A stretch of 52,443 bases of DNA, filler included, from Catajapyx aquilonaris (GCA_000934665.2; 2 parts of 2 records of this genome joined end to end with filler, not necessarily neighbours in it); one strand, 5' to 3'; shown: positions 11,757 through 26,284, counted from the whole stretch's first letter. Notes: generated by a model not told the origin, from the sequence alone. Made by a program: numbers and translations.

Positions 11757-14700
11757 TTTAGTACAAAAAGCTAATATAATGATAGCCGCTATTAGCCTCG
11801 TGCGCGCGACCATCAACCTCTGTATATTCAAACCGGTAAAATTTTTGGGAATTGTATAATTTTGGGGGAATTTGGGGGATGCGGAGAGAGGGCAGGCCGA
11901 GGGGGTAGAGACAGGTGGGGTTCCGCACGTGACTCATTGACGTCAAGGCAACCTCTGATTCTGGTTGGTTGTTGGAAGAAAAAGTGGGGAAGGCGCGTGG
12001 TAGGCAGGGTTGCATAGGGTGGAATGGGCCAGGGGTGGAGGGGGGAGGTGGGTTAAAGCCGTAGGGTCTCTGTCGGGTTTTCGTCTTAGTGTGGGGCCGC
12101 GCTTCCCAGCTGACGGTGCTCAGTTTTCTAGCACGGAATCCATTTATCGGATCGGATTTTTTTGACACTTGGAAATCGTGGGGTGGATAGCCCGTTCGAA
12201 TAGGGAATGGGTAAGTGGCACCTAATTATTATTATTTTTTATTTTTTTGAGAGGGAAATTTAAGGGTGCACGTGCTCTGTTGACAATGTGACAATGAAAT
12301 TAAAACCAGGTCGGCGATTTTAGTTTGGAGAGCGAGATCGAGCGGAGAAGCTAGAGAAAAATCCATTTTACGAGTGTAACCTACTTTTTGTTGCAAGCGT
12401 ACACTTTTAGAGCTCTCGTTTGAAACCAAAAAAAATGCGGAAATTTGTTAAAAAATGGTTGAACCCAATATGGTGACCAGTGCAATCCGGCCATGTGATG
12501 TCGCAATCGAGTGAAAGTCAAACCGGCGCGTATAATCCCGTGTTTACTCCAATGCCCTTGCAAATGTAGCCGGAAGTATACAAAATTTTACATTCCCCCC
12601 CCCCCCNCCCTCTTATTTTTAAGTATGGGTTTGTTTTTTTTTTAAATAAAAAAATGACGTACATACTGCTTGGGAATCTTCCGCAACATTTTCGCAGGTT
12701 TCCTACTCCGCGGTTCCCATACCGTGTGAATGTAGGTGAAGGATGTTGCTTACATGGGAAACCCTTATCCTCGGAATGTATTTTGCTGTGGTATTACCGG
12801 GGGCATCGCAGGGGGGTGGTTATTTGAATGCTATTGGCACACCCGACTGTTGAATAATGCATTGGACAAATACTGAACCTGTCGCGATTTTCACTTCCCA
12901 AAAGTCAATTTCTTTTCCCAGCTAATTCTATTTCCATATTCATTTTTTTCATATTATTTCTGCTCGGATATAACACGATTTCGACTTTGATATCAGGGCA
13001 GTGACTTCAATCAGAATATCGTTGTCTGTTTGCTGGGAATTCCGGCCACATGGAATGTCTCGGTGTCAGGTAATTCTTGGAATGGTGTTATGCCCTCAAG
13101 CTACTTCCCCCACAGCGGCAGGAAGAAAAGGAAAGAGTAATCTAGTGTAGAAGTGAGTCGTCACGATTTGGTGGATAAACATGGCGCACAAATCATTCAC
13201 CTAAATGAATTCGAAGCGGTTCCGGTGACACTTCTATATAGTATCGAGTATGGTTACAATATGTGGGAGGGTTCAATTTGTTGAGTGATCAGTACATATG
13301 CAGTCATTAGTTGGGGTGAAGGGTTAGAAGAGGGGGGGGAGAGAATATTTGACAGGTTCTAAAATGTTCCTGAATGGTTGGGGAGTTACACCCCCCCGCC
13401 CCTAGGGTCTGTGGGGACTGGCGACAATCAACACTTGGTGGGTGCAATTTACCCAGTCCTAACGATGAGGGACTTGTGAAAGTTGGAGCCATGTAGGGGG
13501 TCTATTAGCTAGAGAGATATCCAAATGAGAAGCAGGGTGGAGAGTCCGGTTTTCAGGGTCCAAATAAATGACAGATGTTTTTGGGGGGGAATATATATTT
13601 TAAATGGTTAGACAGGGAGGGTGTCCATTTACGTTATTTTTATACCTGGAATATCAGGTTTTTGGACGATTTATTTGAACCAATATGTGGGAGGGTTCAA
13701 CAAAAGTACTTTTACATTTAAAAAAAAATTGATGGGGAATGGGCATGGCAGTCAAACTTACTGTTCGTTGAGTGAGTATTCATAGATCAAAATATTTGGA
13801 ATTGAAAATGTATATTGGCGGAAATTTTAAATTTTTGAGGTGTTCCATATGCCTATTCTCTTTCCCCCTCATCTCACCCCTGCCTTATTACGAACGCAGG
13901 AAGCTATATGTGGGTGAAAATGCAACTGCCCGGGTTACCTCCGTGACCACCATCTGTCAGGGTTCACTTTTCCCCAGGATGGAAATACGATCATGTTAGG
14001 GCCTACACCTTAACCTGTGTTGCAACATTGTGCATATCAAAAATTGACAATGTGCCCCCCTTTTAAAGCCTCGGGCACATACTCTGTACTCATATTGAGC
14101 ATGCAATTTTAATGTGTTTTTCCACTGCTGCTGTTTTGCACACTCACGCAGGGGGCGTGACTAACAGCGTATAATTTTAACATTTGACCTTTTGAAAAAT
14201 GAGGTTAATTTTGTCGGATTATATTTTGGCAATATATTTTTGCAAGCAGGTGTATACTAAGGTTATGCATGGCAACATGGCAGGCGTTCACTTCCGGTTT
14301 CTACCCCGCCGGCTCTTTTTGATATGCCCTGCAGTTTTTCCGGAAACCCATCCGGATACCCGGGGAGTGGCCAGGTGCAATTCCCAGGACGCACAGAAAT
14401 TAAGCTAACCTATTCAAGACAATGAGCATAGGTCACTCTGTGGACATGACCTTGCCCTCCCAGTAAGCTGACCAATTCGACATGGTGATTTATCTGAATA
14501 ATTACTCAAATTGTTATACTGCCGGATTTAAATAATTTATATAATTGGAATATTGCAGTTTAAACTTTTTTTACCTGTGTCAAACAGGTTATCCCATGGA
14601 GGACAAGTTGACTTTGAGCGGAATCAATCGGCACACAGACACCGGATGGATATGAAATAATAGACTACAACGCCATATATCCTCCGGACAGATCAGTCGT

Positions 14701-15513
14701 TGAATAGCGATGGAATTGCCGGGGAGGGTAGAATGGCGGCGGAAGCGGATTCAAAGTTGAAATGCGAAGGGAAACGAGGAGGGAAGGCGGGGCGGGGGGG
14801 GGATAGAGGGAGGAAGCGGGAGGAAGGAAGAAGGGGACTCCCGGAGCGTGAAAGGATTGCATCCCGGAAACTCCGGGATGAAAGGGGTGCAGACGGTGTT
14901 CCCCCTCTGCTTCCATTTTTTTTTTAGGAGCATCCGCTCAATCTCGCGAACAACCCTTCATATATTGGCTTATTACACCCTGTGGCAAAAGAGGTGGCGG
15001 TACTTTATGGGAATGCGGTGGGTCGCATGCCCCGAGTCATTAGTGGGGTTAATGATGCCCTCCTCAGTACTTGCCCGACATATGAATATGCATGATTTTT
15101 TCCCCTCTCATTTCGATATAAAAGATATGGCTGGTATAGCCTACAATTGATAAATTTTAAAAATCGACTAGGCAATAATCGAAAATTATGGCTCAAATTC
15201 CGATATGCTGGGTGATCCGACTAATATTGTTGGCACTATACCGAAGCAGGTTGGTGCCTACAAGTATTACGGCAACCGTGCCGTGGGGTCTTTTCGGACC
15301 CCACCATATTTTAATTTTTATTAATTATTATATAATACTTTTCAATGTATTGACTATATACAATCATTCTTTAAACCATGCCTAAAATGATCGCTAATTC
15401 AAAATAAACCTGCACTTCCTGTTATATACTGTAAAAAAAATGGCAAAAGTTCATTGTAATGATCATTTTAATGCATTTTTTTCCTTGGGGTCCAAAAAGA
15501 CCAGGTTCCAGAG

Positions 15514-15790
15514 TTAAGGAGTCCGACTGCTAATTGGGAGGTCCTGGGTTCGATTCCCGGGGCCGGCGATCCTGACCGTGGTGGTTCCCCCCCCCCCCCC
15601 CCCCCCCCNCAAGAATAATTTCGGGGTAGCTTCCGTATAATAGGCCACAGCCGCTTCCTTCCCTATATCCTTGGCCTATCCTTGGTGAAGAAAATTTCAG
15701 AAGCAATTGAGAGGTAAAATGGTGGTGTTCCACCCCCCTAATGGAGGCAGATTCTCCCAATGGGGTAATATAAATAAAAAAATAAACAAA
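15514..15790 (+). mobile_element. tRNA-derived SINE (family 1), 5'-truncated
   Basis: Shares head (gtccgactgctaat..ggtcctgggttcga) and body (ggccacagccgc) with the 46522 copy; A-rich tail. Confidence 0.75.
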
Positions 15791-17290
15791 AAAATTTGTT
15801 GGTACTATGCAGTTACTTTTAATGGGTATTAGCTACTAATATTACGCCTAACTGAACATAAATGCAATTTTCGATTAGTAAAGTAGCTGCTTAAAATAGA
15901 CAGCTTAGTGCCAAAAATAACCATATTTGAGGATAATCCTGCATATTTTAATACCAACACGATTTTTCCGTGTGAAAGAAGCAGAAATTGCTGAATTCAA
16001 CTCCGGAGGAATTTTGTAGTTCCTCATCTCCTGGATAAGAGTTGGGGCCAATGGCGCTCTGAATTCAAAAAGCATGTGCGTCGGAAGAAAGTGTAAATAT
16101 GTGCAAGACAATGCGTGACAACGAGTGTATAACCTTCCCCATCCTAGAAGAAATTTTCTTGAAATATCGACTAGCGATATATCGATACTTGATGATACCG
16201 AACATACCTAGATATGAAGTGTGTCCCCTGGTATTTATGCGCTGTTCAGACGGCCGGAGGCTGTTAAAAAAAAAAAGAAAAAGAAAAGACAAGACGTGGA
16301 TGGAAAACGCAACCCAACCCTAGAGCGCGGTTCTCAAAGTGGCATTGTTGTGCGGGCGTTGTCAGTGTGAGGATGATATTCCAGGGCTGTGAGAGATGTA
16401 TTTCCATTGTAATGAGAGGGAGGTCCAAATGGTGTGGGTAGGCCCACGATGAGTCACGAATGTCTGCCTGCCTCTCTTCAACCTTCATGGGGGGAATAGG
16501 GAGGACTTGTAGGGGTGGAGGAGGATTCTTGTTATCCACATTCAATCTGTGGGACCCTTTCGGGGAAGGAAGGAAGAAGAGCCGCTTATGTGTGTATGGA
16601 CCTAGTAGCTATTTCGTACGTAATATTTTATTTATTGGTTTAAAAAAAACTGCGATTTTAGGGGTGCTCGTCCTAGCCGCTATATAACACGCGAGTGTAA
16701 AAATAACAATGCGGGTATGAAAAGGAAATTAATTGGTAGACCTAAAATTACACTGGCTAAAATAGGAAGGAAACGACTGGCTTATGGAACCATTCATTAA
16801 TCACCCTGCAATTACCCGTAAAGAATGCCACGTAGGGGTTGAAGCGAGGTTAACGAATGGATGGATCATATTGTAATCGTTGACCTTCACGAACATTTTC
16901 AACCCGGTGCACCCAATAAGAGGGATACGTGATTTCGGTGGGAGTTGTCCGTGACTTCCTATGAGAATCCGGAAAACAATGAGGCGCTGCCAGGGGCATA
17001 AATGGTATGGAACTTGCTGAACTGGTGGTACCCCNCCCCCCCCCTATTGCTACCGGACCACGGTACCGCCTCCAGCTTGGAATTTTGAAGGGTCTACGGA
17101 CGTGACTTTTTGGGTCTGCCAGCGATCATCCTGTTGGCTTCGTTTTCTTTCATTGTGGAACGTAATCCTAATGTGTCCGGTAATGTCACGTGTAAGATAA
17201 ATTTTACACATGATCTGCACTGTAATTTGTCGTACGGGTCAATTATAGTACGAGCATATTTTATATGTCGAGTGTGGGTGGTTGCATATC

Positions 17291-17507
17291 GTCAGGATAC
17301 GTAAACGGTCAGGATACGTAAACGGTCAGGATACGTAAACGGTCGGATACGTAAACGGTCGGATACGTAAACGGTCAGGATACGTTAGCGGTCAGGATAC
17401 GTTAGCGGTCAGGATACGTAAACGGTCGGATACGTAAACGGTCAGGATACGTAAACGGTCAGGATACGTAAACGGTCAGGATACGTAAACGGTCGGATAC
17501 GTAAATG
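17291..17507. repeat. Minisatellite, 13 copies of 16/17-bp unit GTC(A)GGATACGTAAACG
   Basis: Direct head-to-tail tandem copies with no spacers. Confidence 0.95.
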
Positions 17508-18144
17508 GCTAAAACTTTTCTGCAAACTGTTGGTAAAAGTTTTCCGGAGGATTTCATATATGAAAATGAGTCCAGTGCAGTTAGGACCGGGTTTAAACGA
17601 GTGGTGTTGGGGTCTTTGCACGTTTAGGAGTAGAATGTCGACTTACCCCCTCCCCCCCCCCCCAACCCTCAACTAACTTCCGCAGTACCAGTAGCGATAA
17701 CTCCCCAGCTCGCATGCAAATGCCCAGAAGACGAAATTGATTGCAAGGGGTTGGAGGAAAAGCTAGGGCTGGAAATAGACATTAAAGTTTGCATGCATGG
17801 CTGCCATTTTTGTGTGTGTGATTGTATGTGGGAAGGGTGGGGGCGAGTTATATTTTAAGGACGATAAAAAAAAAAACATGCCATAATCTCTATAGGATTA
17901 GGCCAGACTGGCCGATTCTTAGTTCGATATGAACTTTTGGAACGCGCATGGATATAGCTGTTCTAGGACTGATTGTGCGATTGGCTGATGTAGCTCATGT
18001 GGCCAAAATTAGTCGTCCAACTTTGGAACTGAATCACCGGTAACTGTTATAAGGCACCAATTAATCTCTTAGATATAAGACGCTACTAAAATAAAGCAAC
18101 ATGCTATATTACTTTTAGTACATAATAATTACATTTTGGCTATA

Positions 18145-18538
18145 CAGTGTGGTCCAACTTCAAGTGTCGTTTTATAACGGCTATTAATAGAAGCGCTTTA
18201 CGATGATCGTAGCAGCCACGTGTAAAATGGCCCACTTCGGCGCCATCGAAAATAATAGCTGTGTTTCGTTTGCAGGCTTCCCCCTTGCATTACAGGTCCA
18301 TGGTCCATCTGGTGCCTTGGACGTCACCCATTTCACCCAGGCGCATCGCAGGTCATGTGTGCACCTCCTTTTTTCCAGGTCACCCCAGCAGCAGGGTTGA
18401 TTACATGTGAGCTGCTATTGGCAGCTAATATTTTCGATGGCGCCGAAGTGGGACATTTTACACGTCGCTGCTACGTCATCGCAAAATCACTGCTATTAAT
18501 CGCCGTTATAAAACGACACTTGAAGTTAGACCACCCTG
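18145..18538. mobile_element. Tc1/mariner-type MITE
   Basis: ~115-bp imperfect TIRs (cagtgtggtccaacttcaagtgtcgttttataacgg.../...ccgttataaaacgacacttgaagttagaccaccctg), TA flanks. Confidence 0.85.
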
Positions 18539-21406
18539 TATTAGTAGTCATATTTCCAGGCATTGTCTGGAGGGAGAGTTGAATCTTTCATGAGAACCAA
18601 CGGCATCTTGGGCAGACATCAACCGAGTCCCTTTTTTGAATTCGAAGAAAGTCAAAACACGAAAAAGTATATGTGATAAAAAAAGAGCGGCTGAAAACAA
18701 AAGGTGCACCTTTATACGACTCACTTGGTATTCGGCCAGCCATTTCATAATAATTGGCCCTATATCATTTGCATGTCGGAAAGCAACTAAGTGTTTTCTC
18801 AAGCCGAAAAGAAACAGGCGTGACTTTCTCTGGAATCCACCAGATAAACGCATGACTCCTTTTCCTGAAAAAAAAAAATGTTTTTCTCCAGGAAGTTTGG
18901 AAAAATAATTTCAAAAGACTTTACCGTATTTTGAGAAGCGAAACTTATTGCAAAAAAAAATTATGTACAAGTGCAATATGTGGAGCACCTGTTAATGATT
19001 GTTTGTCTGGCAAAAACAACATGAATGAGCAGCATGAGTTTGGGGAGGGGTTGAGACCGGATAATATTGATTGCGTCGCACTCATCACATGTGTACTGTT
19101 GTTTCGTGACTGCAGGTCATGCACCTGCCCTTTGCGTTTCATCGACTCCGCCGAATGTGGACATTATTGGAACATCTACTCGGCTGAAGTCACGCCATTG
19201 CGTAGCACTTTCCTGCAGGAGAAAGGGGACAATAATGACGCCCGTTTCTACACATGACGCACGATGTTACTATTTTTTTTAGCCCTGTATATCCCTATCA
19301 AAAATGATTCTGTTCATTGAAATTCCAGGAGATGTCGGTAGTACGATCCATCTGTACAGTACTGGATTCTCATCAGTAACTCCAATAATAATCCATCTGG
19401 CTCTAGTACAAGCTCAGATTAGCGTAAATTTTTAAAATGTTACAACCAGGCTTGAGCCACATATCATATGCAAAGCCAGCACACCGTGGTGTAGGGGGAC
19501 GCAGATCTCACATGAGAAAATACCTTGTATGCATCAGCTCCCTATTTAAATTCCAAATATATTCAGGATGTGACATTGCCGAGTCGACACCCGTATCGTA
19601 TAACGAGGCAAATTTTATACAGCGTGGTGCTACACTCCACATCATGCACGGATTGATATGGTAACAGTTATTGCGGTGGGTCTGTTATATAGGTTCAAGA
19701 ATAATGATCCTACTCTCATGAAAGCCGAATTTTTCAATCTGCAGTCCTGCAGTTTTATGGACGGAGCTCCCTGATCATTTTTCGGTTCGTTACGCAGTAG
19801 TTGAACAATGTGATTTCCAGAATTGTACACAGTCGGAATGAGTCGGAATTTTTTTTTCTTCTCAGGTCTGCACTGGCTTGTCAAGCGTCATTGCACTTGG
19901 GCCATAAAGCCGTCCCTAAAAATAGGTTTCGGAAGCTTTCACTGCAATACACTGTATACAGGGAGGCTCCGGCACCCGGTGAGATTTACAGCCTCAGTTA
20001 TGGACTCATCACATAGCTAACTAAAATATGTTAACTGTATATCGGAGCAATGTCTTAAACTATACTGTATGCACCGGAAATGCATTTCAACATATTGCAT
20101 TTTGCAAACGGCATTACGCTGTTTATACTGCCTTTGTTGTAGTGCATAGCACTAATTAGAATATGGCTTTCATGAACACGGATTTTGTGAAACATGGGCA
20201 CATAATATGCGTGTTGTTGCCCAAATGCCCGTATATTTGCGGATGAAGCGTCGCGTCGCGTCGGTCGGAAGTCAGGGGCTGGTGTACCCACCCGTGAAGG
20301 GTACTCATTTTGTGTGTGGGTAAATTACTTGGGTAGGGGCGAGAGGGGGGGGGGGNGGGGGGGGGGGGGGGTGAGCGGGACGGGATGGAGGGAGAGCGGG
20401 ACGGGATGGAGGGAGAGAGAGTAACGTACCTACATGGTCTGGGTTCAGGGGCGGCCGACACGCCAAATGAGGAGCGTGCGTGGGTGACCTACCTACCTAC
20501 CTACCTACCTACCTACCTACCTGAATGTATTCATGGCTTCAAATGGATGGAGAGCACCTACTGGATTATGGCATATCTGTCCGGCCATGTCCAGCCGGAT
20601 TTGTGACAAAACAGCGGATTTTCCCCGGATATAAATTTGCCTATATTCTTGAACGTTACTTCCGGCGGAAGACTGTCGAGAAGACAGATTCAATTATGAT
20701 GGCGATTGTGGTTCTCCTGCTCAACTTCCTCAAGATAAATGAAGGGAGATATTAACGATGATCCAACCCGACTGTCATAAAGTCAGCGATAATTTCGCAC
20801 CTGCCTGAGTAATTTGTTTGCGATTTAAGATTTTCCCCTCATTATACAGGAGTCGCTGGAGGAAAACGTGGTAACGAGCGCATAATTACTGCAGTGATGA
20901 TGCGCCTTGACTTTCCAATAATTACGAGCCGGTGAATTGGCACCACATATATAATATTGTTCCTCACCTACCTGGCTGAGCTGCCATACTAGGAATCATT
21001 AGGAAATAATCACACGGTATTGTCGAGTCGACCGCTTTTTCATTATTTGTTAAGTAGGCCCATTTGTTTCTGTTGATGACTGTTTCCACCTTATCTGGAA
21101 GAAGGAAAGACAAGTTAATGGCCTTAGAACGGCTGTGTTGGTTTTTGAAAGTATTTTAGTAACGCGTGGGACGGAACCCTCAACCTCAAATTCTGCCAGC
21201 CTGTGCCACTCTGAACACGGCCATTGGTCTGAAGAAAGGGTCAGAATGGGGGGTCACTCGCTTGTGTACCTGGCAGGAGAGTTTCCACACCCTGCTGATG
21301 GGTTTCCTCTTCAAGAGAGCGATTATTAGAGAAACTTGTGAGGAAAAGTCCAAACTGTAGTTTTTTTGTTTTTTTGTTTCAAAAATTCTGATTTGTCTTA
21401 TTTCAG

Positions 21407-21519
21407 ATGAGCGGGAAGCGCACAAGAAGCTTTAAGTGTGCTGTGCACCATCGAGATAGGGAAGTCTGCTCTGAAAACGACTTTCACATTTTGGTGAGAG
21501 AACCGCCTTTATTTGGCAG
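21407..21519 (+). CDS. rho: Rhomboid-family intramembrane serine protease, exon (MSGKRTRSFKCAVHHRDREVCSENDFHILVREPPLFGR)
   Basis: Pyrimidine tract + tttcag acceptor, AG|gtgagt donor. The peptide resembles the N-terminal cytosolic segment I recall from arthropod Rhomboid/Stet proteins. Its phase-2 end joins the next exon in frame. Confidence 0.88.
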
Positions 21520-21995
21520 GTGAGTCATTCTTTATTTATCATTTGCATGTCGGACTGCATGTGATTACAGTGATTTGGGATGTGAGGGACTCCAAAATTT
21601 ATGAGGGTGCGAAGAACTAGGAGTCCTCATGTTGATTTAATGTGCTTGACCATTTGGACAAATCAGTTTACACGGTGTGGAGCACACTGTAGCGGAGTCA
21701 GTAGCATGTATGATGCACCGTTACAATAATGTGTTTGAATTCAATAGCCCATTTAAGTTAAAAGGAACATATGGCATACTTGACTGACCGAGCAGAATAT
21801 AAAAATCGGTGCTAATTGTATAGAACAGTGTGAACGTCAGAACAATGGACACTACCAGTTCTGAGAAGAATATAAAATTCATATTGCATTTCACCTACTA
21901 AATCAGTTGGTCCTTAATAATAGTGTTGTTTCAGTCACTGCTTGGCAATATATTTAATTTTGTCGTATTTTGCGTTTAAAGGCATGGGCTGTAAT

Positions 21996-22217
21996 CAATG
22001 ACGTAGCCAGGATTCCAGTTGGGGGGGCATAAGGCGAAATTTTTTGGATTCAAGGTCACACTAGCTTAGGTGAATGTGGGAGATTTGAATGTTTGTGTAT
22101 TTGATGAAATTGGTAGCACTTTTTCAAAAAAAAATCATGAATTAGTAATTTGAAAACATGATTTTTTTTTAAAAAAAGTTCGTCCCCCCCCCCCCCCCCC
22201 CNCTGGCTCCGTCACTG
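21996..22217. mobile_element. hAT-type MITE in rhomboid intron
   Basis: TIR caatgacgtagccag/ctggctccgtcactg; 8-bp TSD gctgtaat on both sides. Confidence 0.8.
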
Positions 22218-22775
22218 GCTGTAATATTGGTTACATATTTTACAATAAAATGTGAATATGAGAAATTATGATAGCAATATCGAAACTTAGGTGATGGCAC
22301 ATGACTACTTCACACGATCTATGATGTGAGATTAAGAGTTGTTCAGAATTTCGTGGTCTGGCTCGAGAACGCCGTACACAAACGGACACATCCCGGGTTC
22401 CTAGTTGTTCAGTATTTCCCCACCGCCATCTGGCATGCAGGAAGCGTAAACGGGGCGTAACTATCAGATTTTAGTTTCCAGACTCGTGGTTCCCTGAGCA
22501 AACTTTCGAGTTGGGCAGTAAGTTGAGCAGCTAGGAAATGAAGGTGGCTGGGTGGGGAAGAGAGGGTGTTACCAACTGGAGCGTACTGCTACCAGTATCA
22601 AGACGCCATCGTTGTTGACAGTGTATCTGCCACATTTGGGGGGGTTCAAATGAAAGGATCACGGTTGATCCTGAGAGGCTCAAGTGGAGGAATTCATGTT
22701 CAACAATGCAAGAAAATTCGATCTGTGCCAATTGGGGCGAAATTGGGGGTAATTAGTGTATTTTGTCTCTTGCAG

Positions 22776-22893
22776 GATGGTGAGACTCATCGCTGACGAA
22801 TTCCTGACGGATGAGAGAGACCGAAAGTATTATGCCGACCACTACACGTGCTGCCCACCTCCATTATTTATTATCATAATTACGTTAATTGAG
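22776..22893 (+). CDS. rho: Rhomboid-family protease, next exon (MVRLIADEFLTDERDRKYYADHYTCCPPPLFIIIITLIE), start of TM1
   Basis: ttgcag acceptor, GAG|gtgagt donor. DRKYYADxYxCCPPPLFI is the characteristic motif preceding TM1 of metazoan secretase rhomboids. Downstream exons were not found before the 26185 gap. Confidence 0.92.
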
Positions 22894-25800
22894 GTGAGTG
22901 TATGCTTGTTGCATGGTATGGATGGCCGATTGAATATAATAGTTTAAAAAAGTGGCAGTTTTCTCAAATATGACTCGAATCAAGTCTTCAAATTTTCCAC
23001 ATTTCGCCCCTCTGGTGGATCCAACCAAGTACGAGTGAAGTGATGGCGATCAGTTCGGGTATGACAGGGCCTTACATCATTTTGACGCCTGGTACGAAAT
23101 CGTGGTATTGAAAGGTGCCTGCCTGCGCCGTCTCAGAAGTTTGATCTTTCCAATAATACCATAAGCTTTGAATTCACACAAAGACACAATGAATTGAAGG
23201 CCGATTCGCTTCTGAACCCACGCTACAGCAAACTTCCATGAAGCTGTCAAGTGCTTCAGGTTTGAATTTAGGGAAGTCGGACGCAACAAGGACACATTCT
23301 ATGCATAAAATCAGTTCTCCTTTTCTTTTTGTCCGCCTTTTGATAGGATCCGTTTGTGTCACGGAATCTAGTGATTACGTAAAAAACTCAGAAAGAATAC
23401 AGAAAAGACAGAGGTTACGCCAGGTCAGGACCGAATCAAGAATGCAAGGGAGCCCACTCATTCCTTTCATATGATTCATATTTCTGGAAGGAATTAATTG
23501 CGTTATGTATATGACAATCCGAGTAGGATGTGGCCTCAAAAATTCGCCACTTTCACGACTCAAGTGCTCGGTGTCGAATATTTGAACCCTGCTGGATGAG
23601 TTATCTCTGACTATCCAGCTCGTTGTCAGGACGAGCTTATTGACACTTTGGTGGAGCCCTTCTTTGCATTCATATTTATGCAGATCCGCCAAGGCCCATT
23701 TGCGGAATTCAAATCCTACCCCACCCCTCCTACTAACTCCACCACCCCTTTGTTCTCCCTTTGCTTTATATTACCTAACACGACACTGATATATGCATTG
23801 ATTACTCAACAATCAACAGAGGACAATTGTAGCTGCTTTGGAATGTGATGGGCTCATCTTGTTGGAGTAGGAGTCAAGAAGGCAGGGAAAAAAGTCTGAA
23901 ATAGCAAAGAATGTCCAAAAATCGAAACGGAGGGAAGGTTAGTTTCATGTGGAAGTTTCTGGTATGGGGGGAAACTGTTTCCAGAAAAAGGGGAGCCACC
24001 ATCTGTCTCTCAGGCCACTTCCGGGGAGATGTGGATTTTCAGGAACGATGGGGGGGAGGAAATGGTTTGGCATGGGGGTAGGAAAATCCCAAAAATCTTC
24101 CCCAAATCAGGATTTGGAACTAGTTTGGAGGGACACGTGCGAGAGAGCCACGTTACAACTTGTAGCAGCTGGCACATTCCTGCCCGCATCCTGCAGGCTC
24201 CGCCACAAAGAACAAATGGCCAGTCTGCCAATATATAGCGATTCCTCCACTTTTAGCTGCTCAGTGTCGTATGGGACGCATGTATATATCAATCCTGTTT
24301 CATCTATATGCACAGCCTGGGGTCAACTGCCATGGCAGCTGACACCCATAATTCTGCCTTGGAGGCGGTCTTGAAAGTGGGCCTCAGCTTAATTAAGCAA
24401 GTTGTTGTCTAATAACCACCAAAGAGGAAAGGGACGAAAGCGGCCATTTGAATGAGCGTGGGCGACGCCAGGGCTCCCATTTTGCTAGACTGGGCCAGAG
24501 GTCGCGGGACCTGCGTGGATCAACAAACTTTTTAGCTGATATGGCTTGTGGTCATTTGTGAACCATTTGCCAACGAGTCAACTACCCTTTCCTATCCCCC
24601 CTCCACCTGAGGTCTTTTTCTCTCGCATTCTCCGCCAATAGACGTGTCTATAGAGTGCTCCGTCGCTGCTAAAATTAGGAGACACATACACTCGCGCTGT
24701 TTCCTGCCTAGGCTCCAAAGGCTCATGCCTTTTTTTTTTACTATTTCTTACAGCCGGAAAAACTGCTACTGATAGTGGGGCAGACGGTGCAGATTTTTGT
24801 GTTGTAATTACACGGATTCTGGGGATATACTTGGTGTGCAGAGAAGGCGAGGCAGAATTTTCCAGAGGATTGGTTTTAAATTATTGATGAAATATACCCC
24901 ACCGAGCCAGCTGTAAAAAGACTAACATTGCAGTGCATGAATTTGTACTAGTTAATGGCCTAAAGAAGCACTGAAATAAGCAGTGTAAATAATTTTATGA
25001 AGATCCGTATCAGATAGTGTATCAGAGGTGGTAAAGCGACATTTGTTTAGGTAATACCAAACAGTAGTATTATAATAGTGCTGTCATTTGCAAGTGCCAA
25101 CATGTAATAGCGTATCTTATTTCCCTGATAAATTTCGGTGCACTTTTGTGAAGCGTTTAGAAATGGATATATCCTCTTCTGATAGATCAGATAGAGCGGA
25201 GTATTTCCGAGACTGGGAAAGGGCGTCGTCCCCGTCGTCCTTGGCTTAGGTGAAATGAAAATGATGGCGTCTGGGGCGTCGTCGGTACCTCATCAGCTGA
25301 CCTTGAACGTTTGCCCGCAATCGCTTCAGAACGTTAGCAGGTGACACCGGTGGACTCATTCATACACTCGAGGCAACATTCTCTGGTGACAATGTGGCGA
25401 CAGACTCAGAGGTCAGCAGTCGGCACCAGCTGTTTGCATATCATGTTTCGACATATTACATCTTAGTGGAAATTGCCTTTGCTCTTGTTAGCGTGACAAG
25501 TGGAAATTACCATAACACATCTAGTGTACATTTGCCAAATAGTTTTTCTTTTAATAGCAAAATCGCAAAATGACAGGCCAGCCCATTATATTACTAATAT
25601 ACCTTTTCAAGTGGCAATTGCACTTCATTCTCCGTAATACAAAATTACCATGCTCCAATTATGATAATTGTTACATTTAAATGGTCAGCCTAAACAAAAG
25701 AAAATTATTGCATCCTGTAGATTTGTACTTTTTTTTTTTTTCCTCTCGAAACTTGGGCCCACAACTCCCACGATTTCCGCATTCTCCGCCACTGAAGCCA

Positions 25801-26184
25801 GCTTATTTTCACATCGACTTGGCACACGCCATACCTCCTGGATAAATCTAACTTAATGCCGTTTTCGCTACGGATCACCCAGCCCAATCTACCATATCTT
25901 TTCTAGAGCCCAGATATTAAGGCGCATGGGCAATTCCACGAAAGAGCGGACATGGGGTGCGGTTCTTATATCTTGACGCAGTTGGAATCTGAGTGACTAA
26001 AACCGAAGCATGTGGACCATGGTTTCCTTAGCCATGTTAGTTTGTGACAGTATCATTCCCAACAACCCAGTATTATTCCCAGAGTCCAAGCGTGCTCTCT
26101 ATGATATCCGCTCGGCTAATGCGCATTGCCAGCTGGTTATTCGCTGTACCGGATATGTGAAAGGAAGAGAGACAGACGTCTTCA

Positions 26185-26284
26185 NNNNNNNNNNNNNNNN
26201 NNNNNNNNNNNNNNNNNNNNNNNNNNNNTTAATTAATTAANNNNNNNNNNNNNNNNNNNNNNNNNNNNNNNNNNNNNNNNNNNN
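26185..26284. other. Artificial scaffold gap/linker (N44-TTAATTAATTAA-N44)
   Basis: A six-frame stop-codon spacer centred in a 100-bp N block. Confidence 0.92.

Noticed and set aside
17291..17507. CRISPR-like array
   Set aside because: The units are contiguous with no unique spacers, there are no cas genes, and the context is eukaryotic. It is a minisatellite.
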